Shown: positions 51,634-60,267 of the stretch, in pieces
How the letters are laid out: each line of letters opens with the position of its first letter
Numbering within the stretch: the first letter of the stretch is position 1
Assembly: GCA_963827235.1 (NCBI GenBank)
Contig: CAWHAE010000016.1
Coordinates: 672,001 to 736,000 of the forward strand
Reading direction: 5' to 3'
From: an uncultured bacterium
GTDB lineage: Bacteria; Chloroflexota; UBA5177; JANWHV01
Length of the DNA stretch: 64,000 bases
Notes under the pieces: generated by a model
Told to the model about the DNA's origin: nothing
Seen by the model: the letters and a program-made list of their open reading frames with translations, nothing else
The model's database searches: none
Made by a program: the position numbers and the translations under genes

Positions 51634-54084
51634 GTGATGAAGTCCATCTTCGCAGGCATCGCCAGCCTGGTGCACCGGCGTCCCGGATCGGTACTGGCTG
51701 TCGGCGTGATCATTACCCTCGTCCTCGCCATAGGGCTGACGCAGATTCACCTCAACACCGGGTACGACACCTTTGTCAACGGCAGCAGCACGACCTATCA
51801 GGACTACCGCGCCTTCCAGCGTGCCTTCGGCGGCGACGGCGTCTACGTGATGACCACCGGCAGCCGCAGCGGCGTGCTCAGCCAGGCCGGTCTCGCCGCC
51901 CAGCGAGCCGCTGCCGCCGACCTGCTGCGGAACTCCCACGTACAGGAAGTCGTCTCTCCGGCCACCGTCATCGACCTGGAAGTGCAGGAGACGGCGGCGA
52001 AGGTTGCGACGCTGCAGAAGGCGCGGGCTCACGCCGAGCAACTGGCCATCGCCCAGGCCCGGAAGGCTACCTCCGCGCGGCCGGCGAAGGTGGTCACCGC
52101 CGCCGTCGCCCAGGCCAAGCAGAAGGCCGATGCCGCCTTCCTGGCCCATCTGCGATCCAGCTCGCCGCAGGCAGCCGCGTTGCTGAGCCTCGGTCCGATC
52201 ACGCCGGCGAATCCAAAGCTGCTTGCGTTCATCGTCTATCCGGACGGCAAGACGATGAACGCAGTGCTGGCGTCGTTCTTCCCCGACGCCACGCACTCCA
52301 TCACGCAGGTGCAGCTCAAGGGCAACATCGACGTTCCGGCGCAGCAGAATGCCAACGACGCGATCAGGAAGGCATACAACGACGATCACCGTATTCCGGG
52401 TCAGACGATCACGATCGCCGGCATTCCCGTGCTGCTCGGTGATCTGCAGTCGGTGGAGCTGCGCCAAGCCTTCATGCTCTTCGGCCTGGCCTTCCTGATC
52501 ATGGCCGTGGTGCTGCTGGTAGTCTTCACCGTGCGCTGGCGCCTGCTGCCCCTGGGCGTCGTGGTAGCGGCGATCATCGTCTGCTTCGGCTTCGTGGGCT
52601 GGGTACGACTCGACCTGTCGATGGCCACCGTGGCCACGTTGCCGATCCTGCTCGGCCTGGGCGTGGACTACGCGGTACAGTTCCAGAACCGCTACGAGGA
52701 GGAAGCGGGGCGAGGCAAAGGCTTCAACGTCGCTCTGCAAGCGCTCGCGCATATCGGACCGGCCGTGGGCATTGCCGTGATAACCACGATCCTCGGCTTC
52801 CTCACGCTGCTGATCTCGCCCGTGCCCAGCGTGCGAGATTTCGGCAAGGTGCTGGCCTTCGGCGTGGCCATAGCCTACCTGGCCGGTGCCTTCGCGCTGA
52901 CCGCCATCGTGGTGCTGCGTGACCGCAGGGGCGCGATCCACGCCAGGGCAGCGCGCAACGGCGACCACCACTTCGTGGACCGCGTGCTGGGCTGGCTGAG
53001 CGACACGCTCATCCCGCGGCCCTTGCCCGTCCTGCTGGCGGCCGTGCTGCTGACTCTCGTGGGCTGGACGGCAGATGCGCACATCGGCACGCAATCCGAC
53101 ATGGAGAAGCTGGCTCCGCAGAACATGGCGGCACTGAAGGCCCTGCAGGCGATCCGCGTGGTGAACGGCGGTACCTCGGAAGTCGACGTGATGATCAATG
53201 CCCCGGACGTGACGGCGCCGGCCGTGATGACCTGGATGAAGAGCTTCGAAACGCAGGCGCTGGCGCGGCACAAGGAGCTCATCAGCGCGGACAGCCCGGT
53301 GACGCTGCTGCAGGCTGCGGCCGGCACCTCCAATCTGAGCGCGGCGCAAGCCAGGGCATTGCTCCTGCAGACCCCGGCCGTGCTGCGCGATCCGGTGTTC
53401 ACCTCCGATGCCCGACATGCGAACATCGCCTTCCTCGTCAAGTACATGCCTCTGGACCACGTGGTCACGCTGATCGACCAGCTTCGAGCCGAGGCGCATC
53501 CGCCGGCGAACGTGCAGGCGGTACCCACGGGCACCGAGGTCCTGGGAGCAAGGGCGTTGACAGTCCTCACGGACAATCGCCTGCAGATGACGTTGCTCGG
53601 AGTGGGCGCGGTCTTCGCCGGGCTGCTCCTCCTCTATCGAGGCATTCGACGGCCGCTGTTCGTGGTGGTGCCCATGATCCTGGTGATCGGCTGGTCCGAG
53701 GGCGCGATGTACGTGCTGAACCAACCCTGGAATCCGCTGACCGTAACCATGGGCGCCCTGATCATCGGCATCGGCGCCGAGTTCACCATTCTGTTGACGG
53801 AGCGATATTTCGAGGAGCGACGAGCGGGCCAGAACCCCGCGGCCGCCATGGGCATGGCCATGCGCCGCATCGGCCGCGCGATCCTGACCTCGGGCCTCAT
53901 GGTATTGGCAGGCTTTTCGGCCCTGACCATGTCCGACTTTCCCGCCCTGCGCTCGTTCGGTATCGTGGTGGCGGTCGACATGGCCGCAATCCTGCTCGCC
54001 ACGCTGGTCGTGCTGCCTCCGCTGGTGGTCTGGCTCGAGTCGCGCTGGCCGCAGGACCCGGGCGACACGGCGCCGGCACAGTAG
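51634..54084 (+). CDS. MMPL/HAE3-type RND transporter
   Basis: GLGVDYAVQF and GIGAEFTIL motifs, duplicated TM bundles. Confidence 0.9.
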   Translation: MMKSIFAGIASLVHRRPGSVLAVGVIITLVLAIGLTQIHLNTGYDTFVNGSSTTYQDYRAFQRAFGGDGVYVMTTGSRSGVLSQAGLAAQRAAAADLLRNSHVQEVVSPATVIDLEVQETAAKVATLQKARAHAEQLAIAQARKATSARPAKVVTAAVAQAKQKADAAFLAHLRSSSPQAAALLSLGPITPANPKLLAFIVYPDGKTMNAVLASFFPDATHSITQVQLKGNIDVPAQQNANDAIRKAYNDDHRIPGQTITIAGIPVLLGDLQSVELRQAFMLFGLAFLIMAVVLLVVFTVRWRLLPLGVVVAAIIVCFGFVGWVRLDLSMATVATLPILLGLGVDYAVQFQNRYEEEAGRGKGFNVALQALAHIGPAVGIAVITTILGFLTLLISPVPSVRDFGKVLAFGVAIAYLAGAFALTAIVVLRDRRGAIHARAARNGDHHFVDRVLGWLSDTLIPRPLPVLLAAVLLTLVGWTADAHIGTQSDMEKLAPQNMAALKALQAIRVVNGGTSEVDVMINAPDVTAPAVMTWMKSFETQALARHKELISADSPVTLLQAAAGTSNLSAAQARALLLQTPAVLRDPVFTSDARHANIAFLVKYMPLDHVVTLIDQLRAEAHPPANVQAVPTGTEVLGARALTVLTDNRLQMTLLGVGAVFAGLLLLYRGIRRPLFVVVPMILVIGWSEGAMYVLNQPWNPLTVTMGALIIGIGAEFTILLTERYFEERRAGQNPAAAMGMAMRRIGRAILTSGLMVLAGFSALTMSDFPALRSFGIVVAVDMAAILLATLVVLPPLVVWLESRWPQDPGDTAPAQ

Positions 54085-54198
54085 CGGCGGAAGCAAGCGA
54101 GTCTTGCCGGGCGCTGGAGAACGGGGCGGATCTGGGTCCGGATCCACTCCGCACCTGTGTCGTAGGGCTACCGCGATCGGCCTGGCTGCCGGCCCGCC

Positions 54199-55716
54199 TT
54201 AGCGGCCGTGGGCCATCCGGTAGTAGAGGTCGTTCCAGCGCAGCTCCTTCTTGAACTCCGCCAAACGCGTGTCCTTGCCGATCGCGAGGAACTCGATATG
54301 GGCGATCTCGGCGAAGTCCTCCAGGTGCTCCGCGGTCACTACCTGGCTGAAGACCGTGTGGTGCGCGCCGCCGGCGTAGATCCAGGCAGCCGCCGCGGTT
54401 GGCAGATCAGGCCGCGGAATCCACACCGCGCGCGCCACGGGCAGCCTGGCCAGAGGCGCGTCGGGCGGCACCACGTCGACCTCGTTTGCCAGCAGGCGGA
54501 ACCTGTCCCCCATGTCGAGGACCGTGGTGTTAAGCGCAGCGCCGCTGCGCACGTCGAACACCAGCCGTGCAGGATCGGCTTTGCCGCCTATTCCCAGCGG
54601 GTGGAACTCCAGAGACGGCCGCCGCGCGGCGATCGATTCGCATACCTCGAGCATGTGTGCGCCCAGAACCTTGCCTGTGCCTGACCCGAAGTCATAGGTG
54701 TAGTCTTCCATGAACGACGTGCCGCCAGGCAGACCGGCGCCCATCACTTTCAGCGCTCGCACCAGGGCCGCGGTCTTCCAGTCGCCTTCGGCGCCGAAGC
54801 CGTAGCCGTCGTTCATCAGCCGCTGGACCGCGAGTCCGGGAAGCTGGGGAAGACCATGCAGATCCTCGAACGTGGTGGTGAAGGCTTTGAACCCCCCGTC
54901 CTCCAGGAAGGCCCTCATCCCCAGCTCGATACGCGCCGCGTCGCGCAGGCTCTGTCGCCGGCCGCCGCCGGGCCTGGCAGGCTCCGCGACTTCGTACTGC
55001 TCGTCGTACACGGAAAGCAGCCGGTCGACGTCGGCTTCCGGCACGTGGTCGACGACGCGAACAAGCTCGCCCATGCCGTAGCCGTTGACCGAATAGCCGA
55101 AGTCGATCTGCGCCGCGACCTTATCGCCTTCGGTGACGGCAACCTCACGCATGTTGTCGCCGAAGCGCGCCACCTTGGCGCCCTGCCAATCTCGCCACGC
55201 GCAAGCCGCCCGCGACCACACGCCGACGCGCCGCTGCACCTCTTCATCCTGCCAGTGCCCGACCACGACTTTACGGTTCAGGCCCAGCCGGCTGCCGATG
55301 AAGCCGAATTCGCGATCGCCGTGGGCCGACTGGTTGAGGTTCATGAAGTCCATGTCGATCTCAGACCAGGGCAAATCGCGATTGAACTGCGTGTGCAGAT
55401 GCAGAAACGGCTTCTGCAGCGCGGCCAGCCCGGCGATCCACATCTTGGCGGGGGAGAACGTGTGCATCCAGGTGATCAGCCCGATGCACTTTTCCGCCAC
55501 GTTGGCTTCCAGGCACACGTCGCGAATCGCGGTAGGAGTCGTCACCACCGGCTTGCAGATCACCCGAACAGGGATATCTCTCGCCTGCGCCAGTCCTTGC
55601 GCGATAGTCGCCGCGTGATCGGCAACTTGCTGGAGCACGTCGTCGCCATACAGATGCTGGCTTCCGGTCACAAACCACACTTCATAGTCGCTGAGGTCCA
55701 CCGTCGTACCCTCCAT
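54199..55716 (-). CDS. araA: L-arabinose isomerase
   Basis: [57 protein letters not shown]. Confidence 0.97.
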   Translation of the reverse strand: MEGTTVDLSDYEVWFVTGSQHLYGDDVLQQVADHAATIAQGLAQARDIPVRVICKPVVTTPTAIRDVCLEANVAEKCIGLITWMHTFSPAKMWIAGLAALQKPFLHLHTQFNRDLPWSEIDMDFMNLNQSAHGDREFGFIGSRLGLNRKVVVGHWQDEEVQRRVGVWSRAACAWRDWQGAKVARFGDNMREVAVTEGDKVAAQIDFGYSVNGYGMGELVRVVDHVPEADVDRLLSVYDEQYEVAEPARPGGGRRQSLRDAARIELGMRAFLEDGGFKAFTTTFEDLHGLPQLPGLAVQRLMNDGYGFGAEGDWKTAALVRALKVMGAGLPGGTSFMEDYTYDFGSGTGKVLGAHMLEVCESIAARRPSLEFHPLGIGGKADPARLVFDVRSGAALNTTVLDMGDRFRLLANEVDVVPPDAPLARLPVARAVWIPRPDLPTAAAAWIYAGGAHHTVFSQVVTAEHLEDFAEIAHIEFLAIGKDTRLAEFKKELRWNDLYYRMAHGR

Positions 55717-56036
55717 CGTCTGCCGCGGAAAGCCGTGTAGACGGCGCTAGTTAGACGCCGACCATAGTAGTGTACGCCGCCGCGGTCGCGGCATCCTGAG
55801 TAGCTTCAGCGTGGCTCCTCGGAATCCCGTCGGCAGACGAACACGGCGGTGTCGAGCTACTGGGTGTATTCGGGGTCGGTCGAGCACCTGTGGCCTCTCG
55901 ACAACCGAGAGTCGCGTCTCCCGCAATCGCATTCGCCTTGCTGCCGACGTGCGCTGCTCGGCCCTGCCCGTACCAGTGCCGGAGCCCGGTACAGCGCACG
56001 CCGCCCGCGATAATGGGCTGTTCCCTGGCTGACGAG

Positions 56037-57038
56037 CTAAGCCCTGACCGCCAGCATGCGCTCAATGGCAATCCTCGCGCGATCGGCCGTGGCCTCCTCG
56101 ACTTCGACGCGCGCACGCATCGAGAGCAAGCTATCTCGCAGCAAGGGAAGCGTGATCTGCTTCATGTAGCGGCAGACGGCTTGATCGTCCGCGGGCACGT
56201 AGGTCTTGCCCGGCACCTCCTTGGCGAGGCGGTGAAGCAGCCCATTCTCCGTGGCGACGATCATTGTGCCGGCGTCCGACGTCTTGGCATGGTTCACCAT
56301 GCCTTCCGTGGAGAGAACGAACGTGCGATTGGGCTCTAACCTTCCGAGTTGGCTCGCGTGGACGAATTTGCTCGTGCAGCCGCATTCCGGGTGGATCAGC
56401 ATCTCGGCACTGGGATTGTCTGCCAGTCGCTTGCGCAGCTCCCCCACCCGTATCCCGGCGTGAACATGGCACTCGCCCGGCCAGATCAGCATGTTCGAGC
56501 GGCCCGTTCGCTCCTTCAGCCAGCTACCGAGATAGAGATCGGGCAGGAACAGTATCTGACTGTCGACAGGTATCGACCGAATCACGGCCTCTGCATTGCC
56601 GCTGGTCACGCAATAGTCGGACTCCGCCTTGATCGCCGCCGTGGTGTTGACGTAGCTCACCACCGTGCCGCCGGGGTGCGCCGCCTTCCATCGCTTGAGC
56701 TGCTCCAGCGTGATGGAGTCTGCCAGTGAGCAACCCGCCGTCGGGTCTGGGATCAGCACGGTACGGCCCATGTTCAAGATCTTGGCCGTCTCCGCCATGA
56801 AGTAGACGCCGCACATCACGATCACGGGCTTCGAGGTGCGCGTAGCTTCGATGGCCAACCCGAGCGAGTCTCCCACGAAGTCCGCCACGTCCTGAACCTC
56901 GGGAACCTGGTAGTTGTGCGCGAGGATTACCGCATCGCGAGTGCGTGCAAGCTGCCGTACCTCTTCCTGCAACGCCGGTACGTCCTCCGGCTTCGTCGAG
57001 ACGGCTTCAGCCGCAAGATCGAGTGCTATTGCTGCCAT
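56037..57038 (-). CDS. nadA: Quinolinate synthase
   Basis: LAHNYQ, GDSL, CGVYFMAE, AGCSLA, YVNT, CHVH, HPEC, CRYMK. Confidence 0.95.
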   Translation of the reverse strand: MAAIALDLAAEAVSTKPEDVPALQEEVRQLARTRDAVILAHNYQVPEVQDVADFVGDSLGLAIEATRTSKPVIVMCGVYFMAETAKILNMGRTVLIPDPTAGCSLADSITLEQLKRWKAAHPGGTVVSYVNTTAAIKAESDYCVTSGNAEAVIRSIPVDSQILFLPDLYLGSWLKERTGRSNMLIWPGECHVHAGIRVGELRKRLADNPSAEMLIHPECGCTSKFVHASQLGRLEPNRTFVLSTEGMVNHAKTSDAGTMIVATENGLLHRLAKEVPGKTYVPADDQAVCRYMKQITLPLLRDSLLSMRARVEVEEATADRARIAIERMLAVRA

Positions 57039-57052
57039 CAAAGTGTTCCTCT

Positions 57053-57922
57053 CTAGAGGATCTCGAGCGAGAAATCGATCGCCGGTGCCGAATGCGTCAG
57101 CGCGCCAAGCGAAATGTAGTCGACGCCTGTATGTGCCACATCGACCAGATTCGCCAGCGTAATGCCTCCGCTGGCCTCGATGCGAGCCCTGCCTGCCGCG
57201 CGTACGACGGCCTGGCGCAGGAGTCCGGGCCCGGCGTTGTCGACCAGGATCACACCCGCGCCTGCCTCCAGTGCCTCGTCGAGCTCGTCGAGTGTCGTGA
57301 CCTCGACCTCGACGATGCCCATTGGCGGCACGGAGGCCAGTGCGCGCGTGACTGCCGCCGAGATGCCTCCCGCGGCGACGATGTGGTTTTCCTTGATCAG
57401 CACGCCGTCGTCCAGACCGGCCCGGTGGTTGCGGCAGCCGCCCACGCGTACCGCGTACTTCTCGAGCACGCGGTGGCCGGGCGTCGTCTTCCGTGTATCC
57501 AGCACCTGAGCTCCACTTTCCGCCACCAGATCGGCCGCGCGACGGCTCGCGGTGGCCACCCCCGAAAGTCTCTGCACGAAGTTCAGCGCCGTGCGCTCGC
57601 CGGTGAGAATCGATCGGGCAGGTCCTTCGACCGTGGCCACCACGCGTTGGTTGCCCCATGATCCCTCGTCGGCCAGGCTGCGCACGGACACGTCGCCGTC
57701 GAGCATAGCGAACACGAGCCGGGCGACCGGCAGGCCGCAGAGCACGCCAGCCTGCTTCTGCCGGATCTCTGCCCTGGCGGCGAGCGATGGCGGCACGGTG
57801 GCGTTAGTGGTCAGGTCACCCCGGCCCACGTCCTCCTGCAGGGCCAGCCGCACAATGGCCTGCACCGACTCGCCGGCCGGCAGGGACTGGCCCCCGAAGC
57901 CGGGCGCAGCATCCGGCATCAT
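57053..57922 (-). CDS. nadC: Quinolinate phosphoribosyltransferase
   Basis: ERTALN, DTRKTTPG, LIKENH, EVEV, EASGG, GALTHS. Confidence 0.96.
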   Translation of the reverse strand: MMPDAAPGFGGQSLPAGESVQAIVRLALQEDVGRGDLTTNATVPPSLAARAEIRQKQAGVLCGLPVARLVFAMLDGDVSVRSLADEGSWGNQRVVATVEGPARSILTGERTALNFVQRLSGVATASRRAADLVAESGAQVLDTRKTTPGHRVLEKYAVRVGGCRNHRAGLDDGVLIKENHIVAAGGISAAVTRALASVPPMGIVEVEVTTLDELDEALEAGAGVILVDNAGPGLLRQAVVRAAGRARIEASGGITLANLVDVAHTGVDYISLGALTHSAPAIDFSLEIL

Positions 57923-59430
57923 TGAATGCCTTCAAACCGCGGGCCAGAGCCGCGTTGCCAGAGGATGCGTCCTTGGAAGGCCGGCGACGTATCCGGATAA
58001 TCGGTGCGGAAGTGCGCGCCACGGCTCTCCTCGCGGATCAGCGCCGCGCGCGCGATCAGGGCAGGCACCAGCATGTCGCGCGATGGGCTCGGACCCAGGG
58101 CATCGATCAACGTCTGCAGGCCGGCGGCATCGCGCTCGACACCCACGCAGGCGTCGAGGTCACCGGCCGAGGCCGTGGCCGAGCCATCCGGGCCCAGCCT
58201 GCAGTCCACCTCAGGGGCGGTGCCGGCTTCACCGGGAAGTGCGGTCGTCCGCCAGGCAGCCCCGGCTGAGCCGCCGTCCAGCGCGGCCTGGGCGGCCAGC
58301 CGACCGAATACCAGGCATTCCAGCAGTGAATTGGAGGCCAGCCTGTTGGCGCCCTGCGCCCCGGTGCAGGCCGACTCACCGGCCGCGTAGAGGCCCGGAA
58401 CGTCGCTGCGGCCCATCTCGTCCGTACGGATGCCTCCCATGCAGTAGTGAGCAGCGGGCGCCACCGGAATGAGGTCACGGGCCAGATCGAGGTTCCACTC
58501 GGCCAGCCGCATGGCAAGGTTGGCGAAGCGATGCCGGATGGGTCCCGCGTCCAGGTGGCGCAGGGTCAGGTAGACCGGCCCGCGTTCGCGCCCATGCTTG
58601 AAGATGGCTCGCGCCACCTGGTCGCGCGGCAGTAGCGGATCGACCACAGGTTGTCCGGCGCCGTCCACGAGCAACGCTCCCTCGCCGCGCAGCGCCTCGC
58701 TCAACAGGAAGGCGGGGAATCCAGGCACCGCGGTAGCCGTGGGATGGAACTGCACGAACTCCAGGTCGGCAAGCGTGGCGCCCGCTTCCCAGGCCATGAC
58801 CAGGCCCTGCCCGAGGCTCTCGGGCGCGTTCGTGGTGCGCGCGAACAGCGCGGCGTACCCGCCGGTAGCCAGGACGACGCCATGACCGCGAAAGTGCGCC
58901 TCCCCAGTGCGGGCGCCGACCACGCGCGAGCCTTGCGCGATCAGGCCCGCGGCAGGTGCGTGCGCGAACATCGTTATCTTCGGGTGCGACGAGGCCCGCG
59001 CCAGCAGCGCGATGGTCACGGCGTGGCCGGTGGCGGCACCGTTCGCGTGTACGATGCGCCGCCGCCTGTGCCCGGCTTCAAGACCGAGCGAGGGATGAAG
59101 AGGACTGCCGTCGAAGGGCACCCCGGCCGCGATCAGGTCCTCGACCTCGACCTTGCCTGCCGTCACCAGAACCTCGACCGCGCGACGATCGTTCAAACCG
59201 GCACCGACCGCCCGCGTGTCTTCAGCGTGCAGGGCCGGCGTATCGTCATCTCCCAGGGCTGCCGCAATACCTCCCTGCGCGTTCGGACTGGAGCCCGAGA
59301 GCGCGTCTCCCGCCGTGAGCAGCGCAACCGTGGCACCGGCGTCGCCGGCGGCCAGGGCGGCCGACAGTCCGGCAACGCCGGAGCCGACCACCACGAGATC
59401 GGCACGCACGACATCTGGTTCAGGACGCAT
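57919..59430 (-). CDS. nadB: L-aspartate oxidase
   Basis: GSGVAGL, AQGGIA, EFVQFHPT, SEALRGEG, HYCMGG, GANRLASNSL, ESRGAH. Confidence 0.93.
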   Translation of the reverse strand: MRPEPDVVRADLVVVGSGVAGLSAALAAGDAGATVALLTAGDALSGSSPNAQGGIAAALGDDDTPALHAEDTRAVGAGLNDRRAVEVLVTAGKVEVEDLIAAGVPFDGSPLHPSLGLEAGHRRRRIVHANGAATGHAVTIALLARASSHPKITMFAHAPAAGLIAQGSRVVGARTGEAHFRGHGVVLATGGYAALFARTTNAPESLGQGLVMAWEAGATLADLEFVQFHPTATAVPGFPAFLLSEALRGEGALLVDGAGQPVVDPLLPRDQVARAIFKHGRERGPVYLTLRHLDAGPIRHRFANLAMRLAEWNLDLARDLIPVAPAAHYCMGGIRTDEMGRSDVPGLYAAGESACTGAQGANRLASNSLLECLVFGRLAAQAALDGGSAGAAWRTTALPGEAGTAPEVDCRLGPDGSATASAGDLDACVGVERDAAGLQTLIDALGPSPSRDMLVPALIARAALIREESRGAHFRTDYPDTSPAFQGRILWQRGSGPRFEGIQ

Positions 59431-60187
59431 GGATACTACCTCCTTCATGCCAGGGCAGCTCACGACTCCATGTCCCCATGAGCGGTCCCTGGAAACGGTA
59501 CAATTCGCCGGGCCGTCCAACTCGGCCACGCACCGCGCGCTTACCCACCGGCACCAGGGCCCCGGAGGCAAACAGGGCGGAGAATGCTTTCTTGAAATTC
59601 CCCGTGTTCAGGCGCGCCAGTGCGGGATCGAGGATGGCGGCATAGACCTGGCGAAGCTCCGGCAGGGTGAATGTCTCGGGCAGGAGCTGAAAAGCCAGCC
59701 AGGAATATCTGAGCTTGGATTGCACGCGGTTCGCGGCCACGCGGAGCATGTCCGCGTGATCGAAGGCCAGCGATTCCGCCGGCAACGTGCGCACCGGGGC
59801 CCAGGCGGCGTGCGTCACGCTGCTTCCCGGTATGAGCGTAAGATCGTCCGAGCGCTCCAGCGCCAGGTGCCCAACCGAAACTACCCTGCCGCGCGTATCG
59901 CGGTCCGGCTTGCCGAAGGTGCCTATCTGCTCGAGGTACCAGTCGGCGGCGTTGAGTCCGGCCTTCGTGTGCAGAGCCCGCCTGGCAGCGGCGTCGAACG
60001 TCTCGTCGGCTCTCAGCAGAACGCCGGGCAGCGACCACTTGCCGGCAAACGCCGCGTCATCGCGCTGTACGAGCAGCACCTGCCAGGCGTCGCCGATCTG
60101 TTCGGCCGGGCGCACAGTGAAAAGCACCATGTCCACGGCCACCACGGCGTTGGCTTCGAGCCGGCTCACCACACCGGGCCTGTTCAT
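59420..60187 (-). CDS. nrtR: NrtR-type regulator (degenerate Nudix + winged helix)
   Basis: VAVD, WSLPG, DRDTRGRVVS, LAFDH, FTLPELRQVY, NFKK, GRPGELY; first gene of the nad operon. Confidence 0.85.
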   Translation of the reverse strand: MNRPGVVSRLEANAVVAVDMVLFTVRPAEQIGDAWQVLLVQRDDAAFAGKWSLPGVLLRADETFDAAARRALHTKAGLNAADWYLEQIGTFGKPDRDTRGRVVSVGHLALERSDDLTLIPGSSVTHAAWAPVRTLPAESLAFDHADMLRVAANRVQSKLRYSWLAFQLLPETFTLPELRQVYAAILDPALARLNTGNFKKAFSALFASGALVPVGKRAVRGRVGRPGELYRFQGPLMGTWSRELPWHEGGSIHAS

Positions 60188-60199
60188 TCAACTCACCTT

Positions 60200-60224
60200 G
60201 ATTCAAATCTAGGTGATTTGAATC
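60200..60224. promoter_or_regulatory. Operator palindrome of nrtR-nadBCA
   Basis: GATTCAAATC-TAGGT-GATTTGAATC overlapping a candidate -10 (TAGATT, minus strand). Confidence 0.75.
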
Positions 60225-60267
60225 TACCATAGTTCAAAGGAGTTGCAAAGCAAGCGCTGCGGTGCGA

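Noticed and set aside
51550-54147. 865-aa minus-strand ORF and other long antisense ORFs (8246..9442, 5118..6446, 29316..30701)
   Set aside because: Shadow frames of real high-GC genes; composition lacks recognisable motifs
57039-57659. Long N-terminal extension of NadA in the ORF track
   Set aside because: Overlaps nadC in another frame; NadA homology begins near ATG 57038
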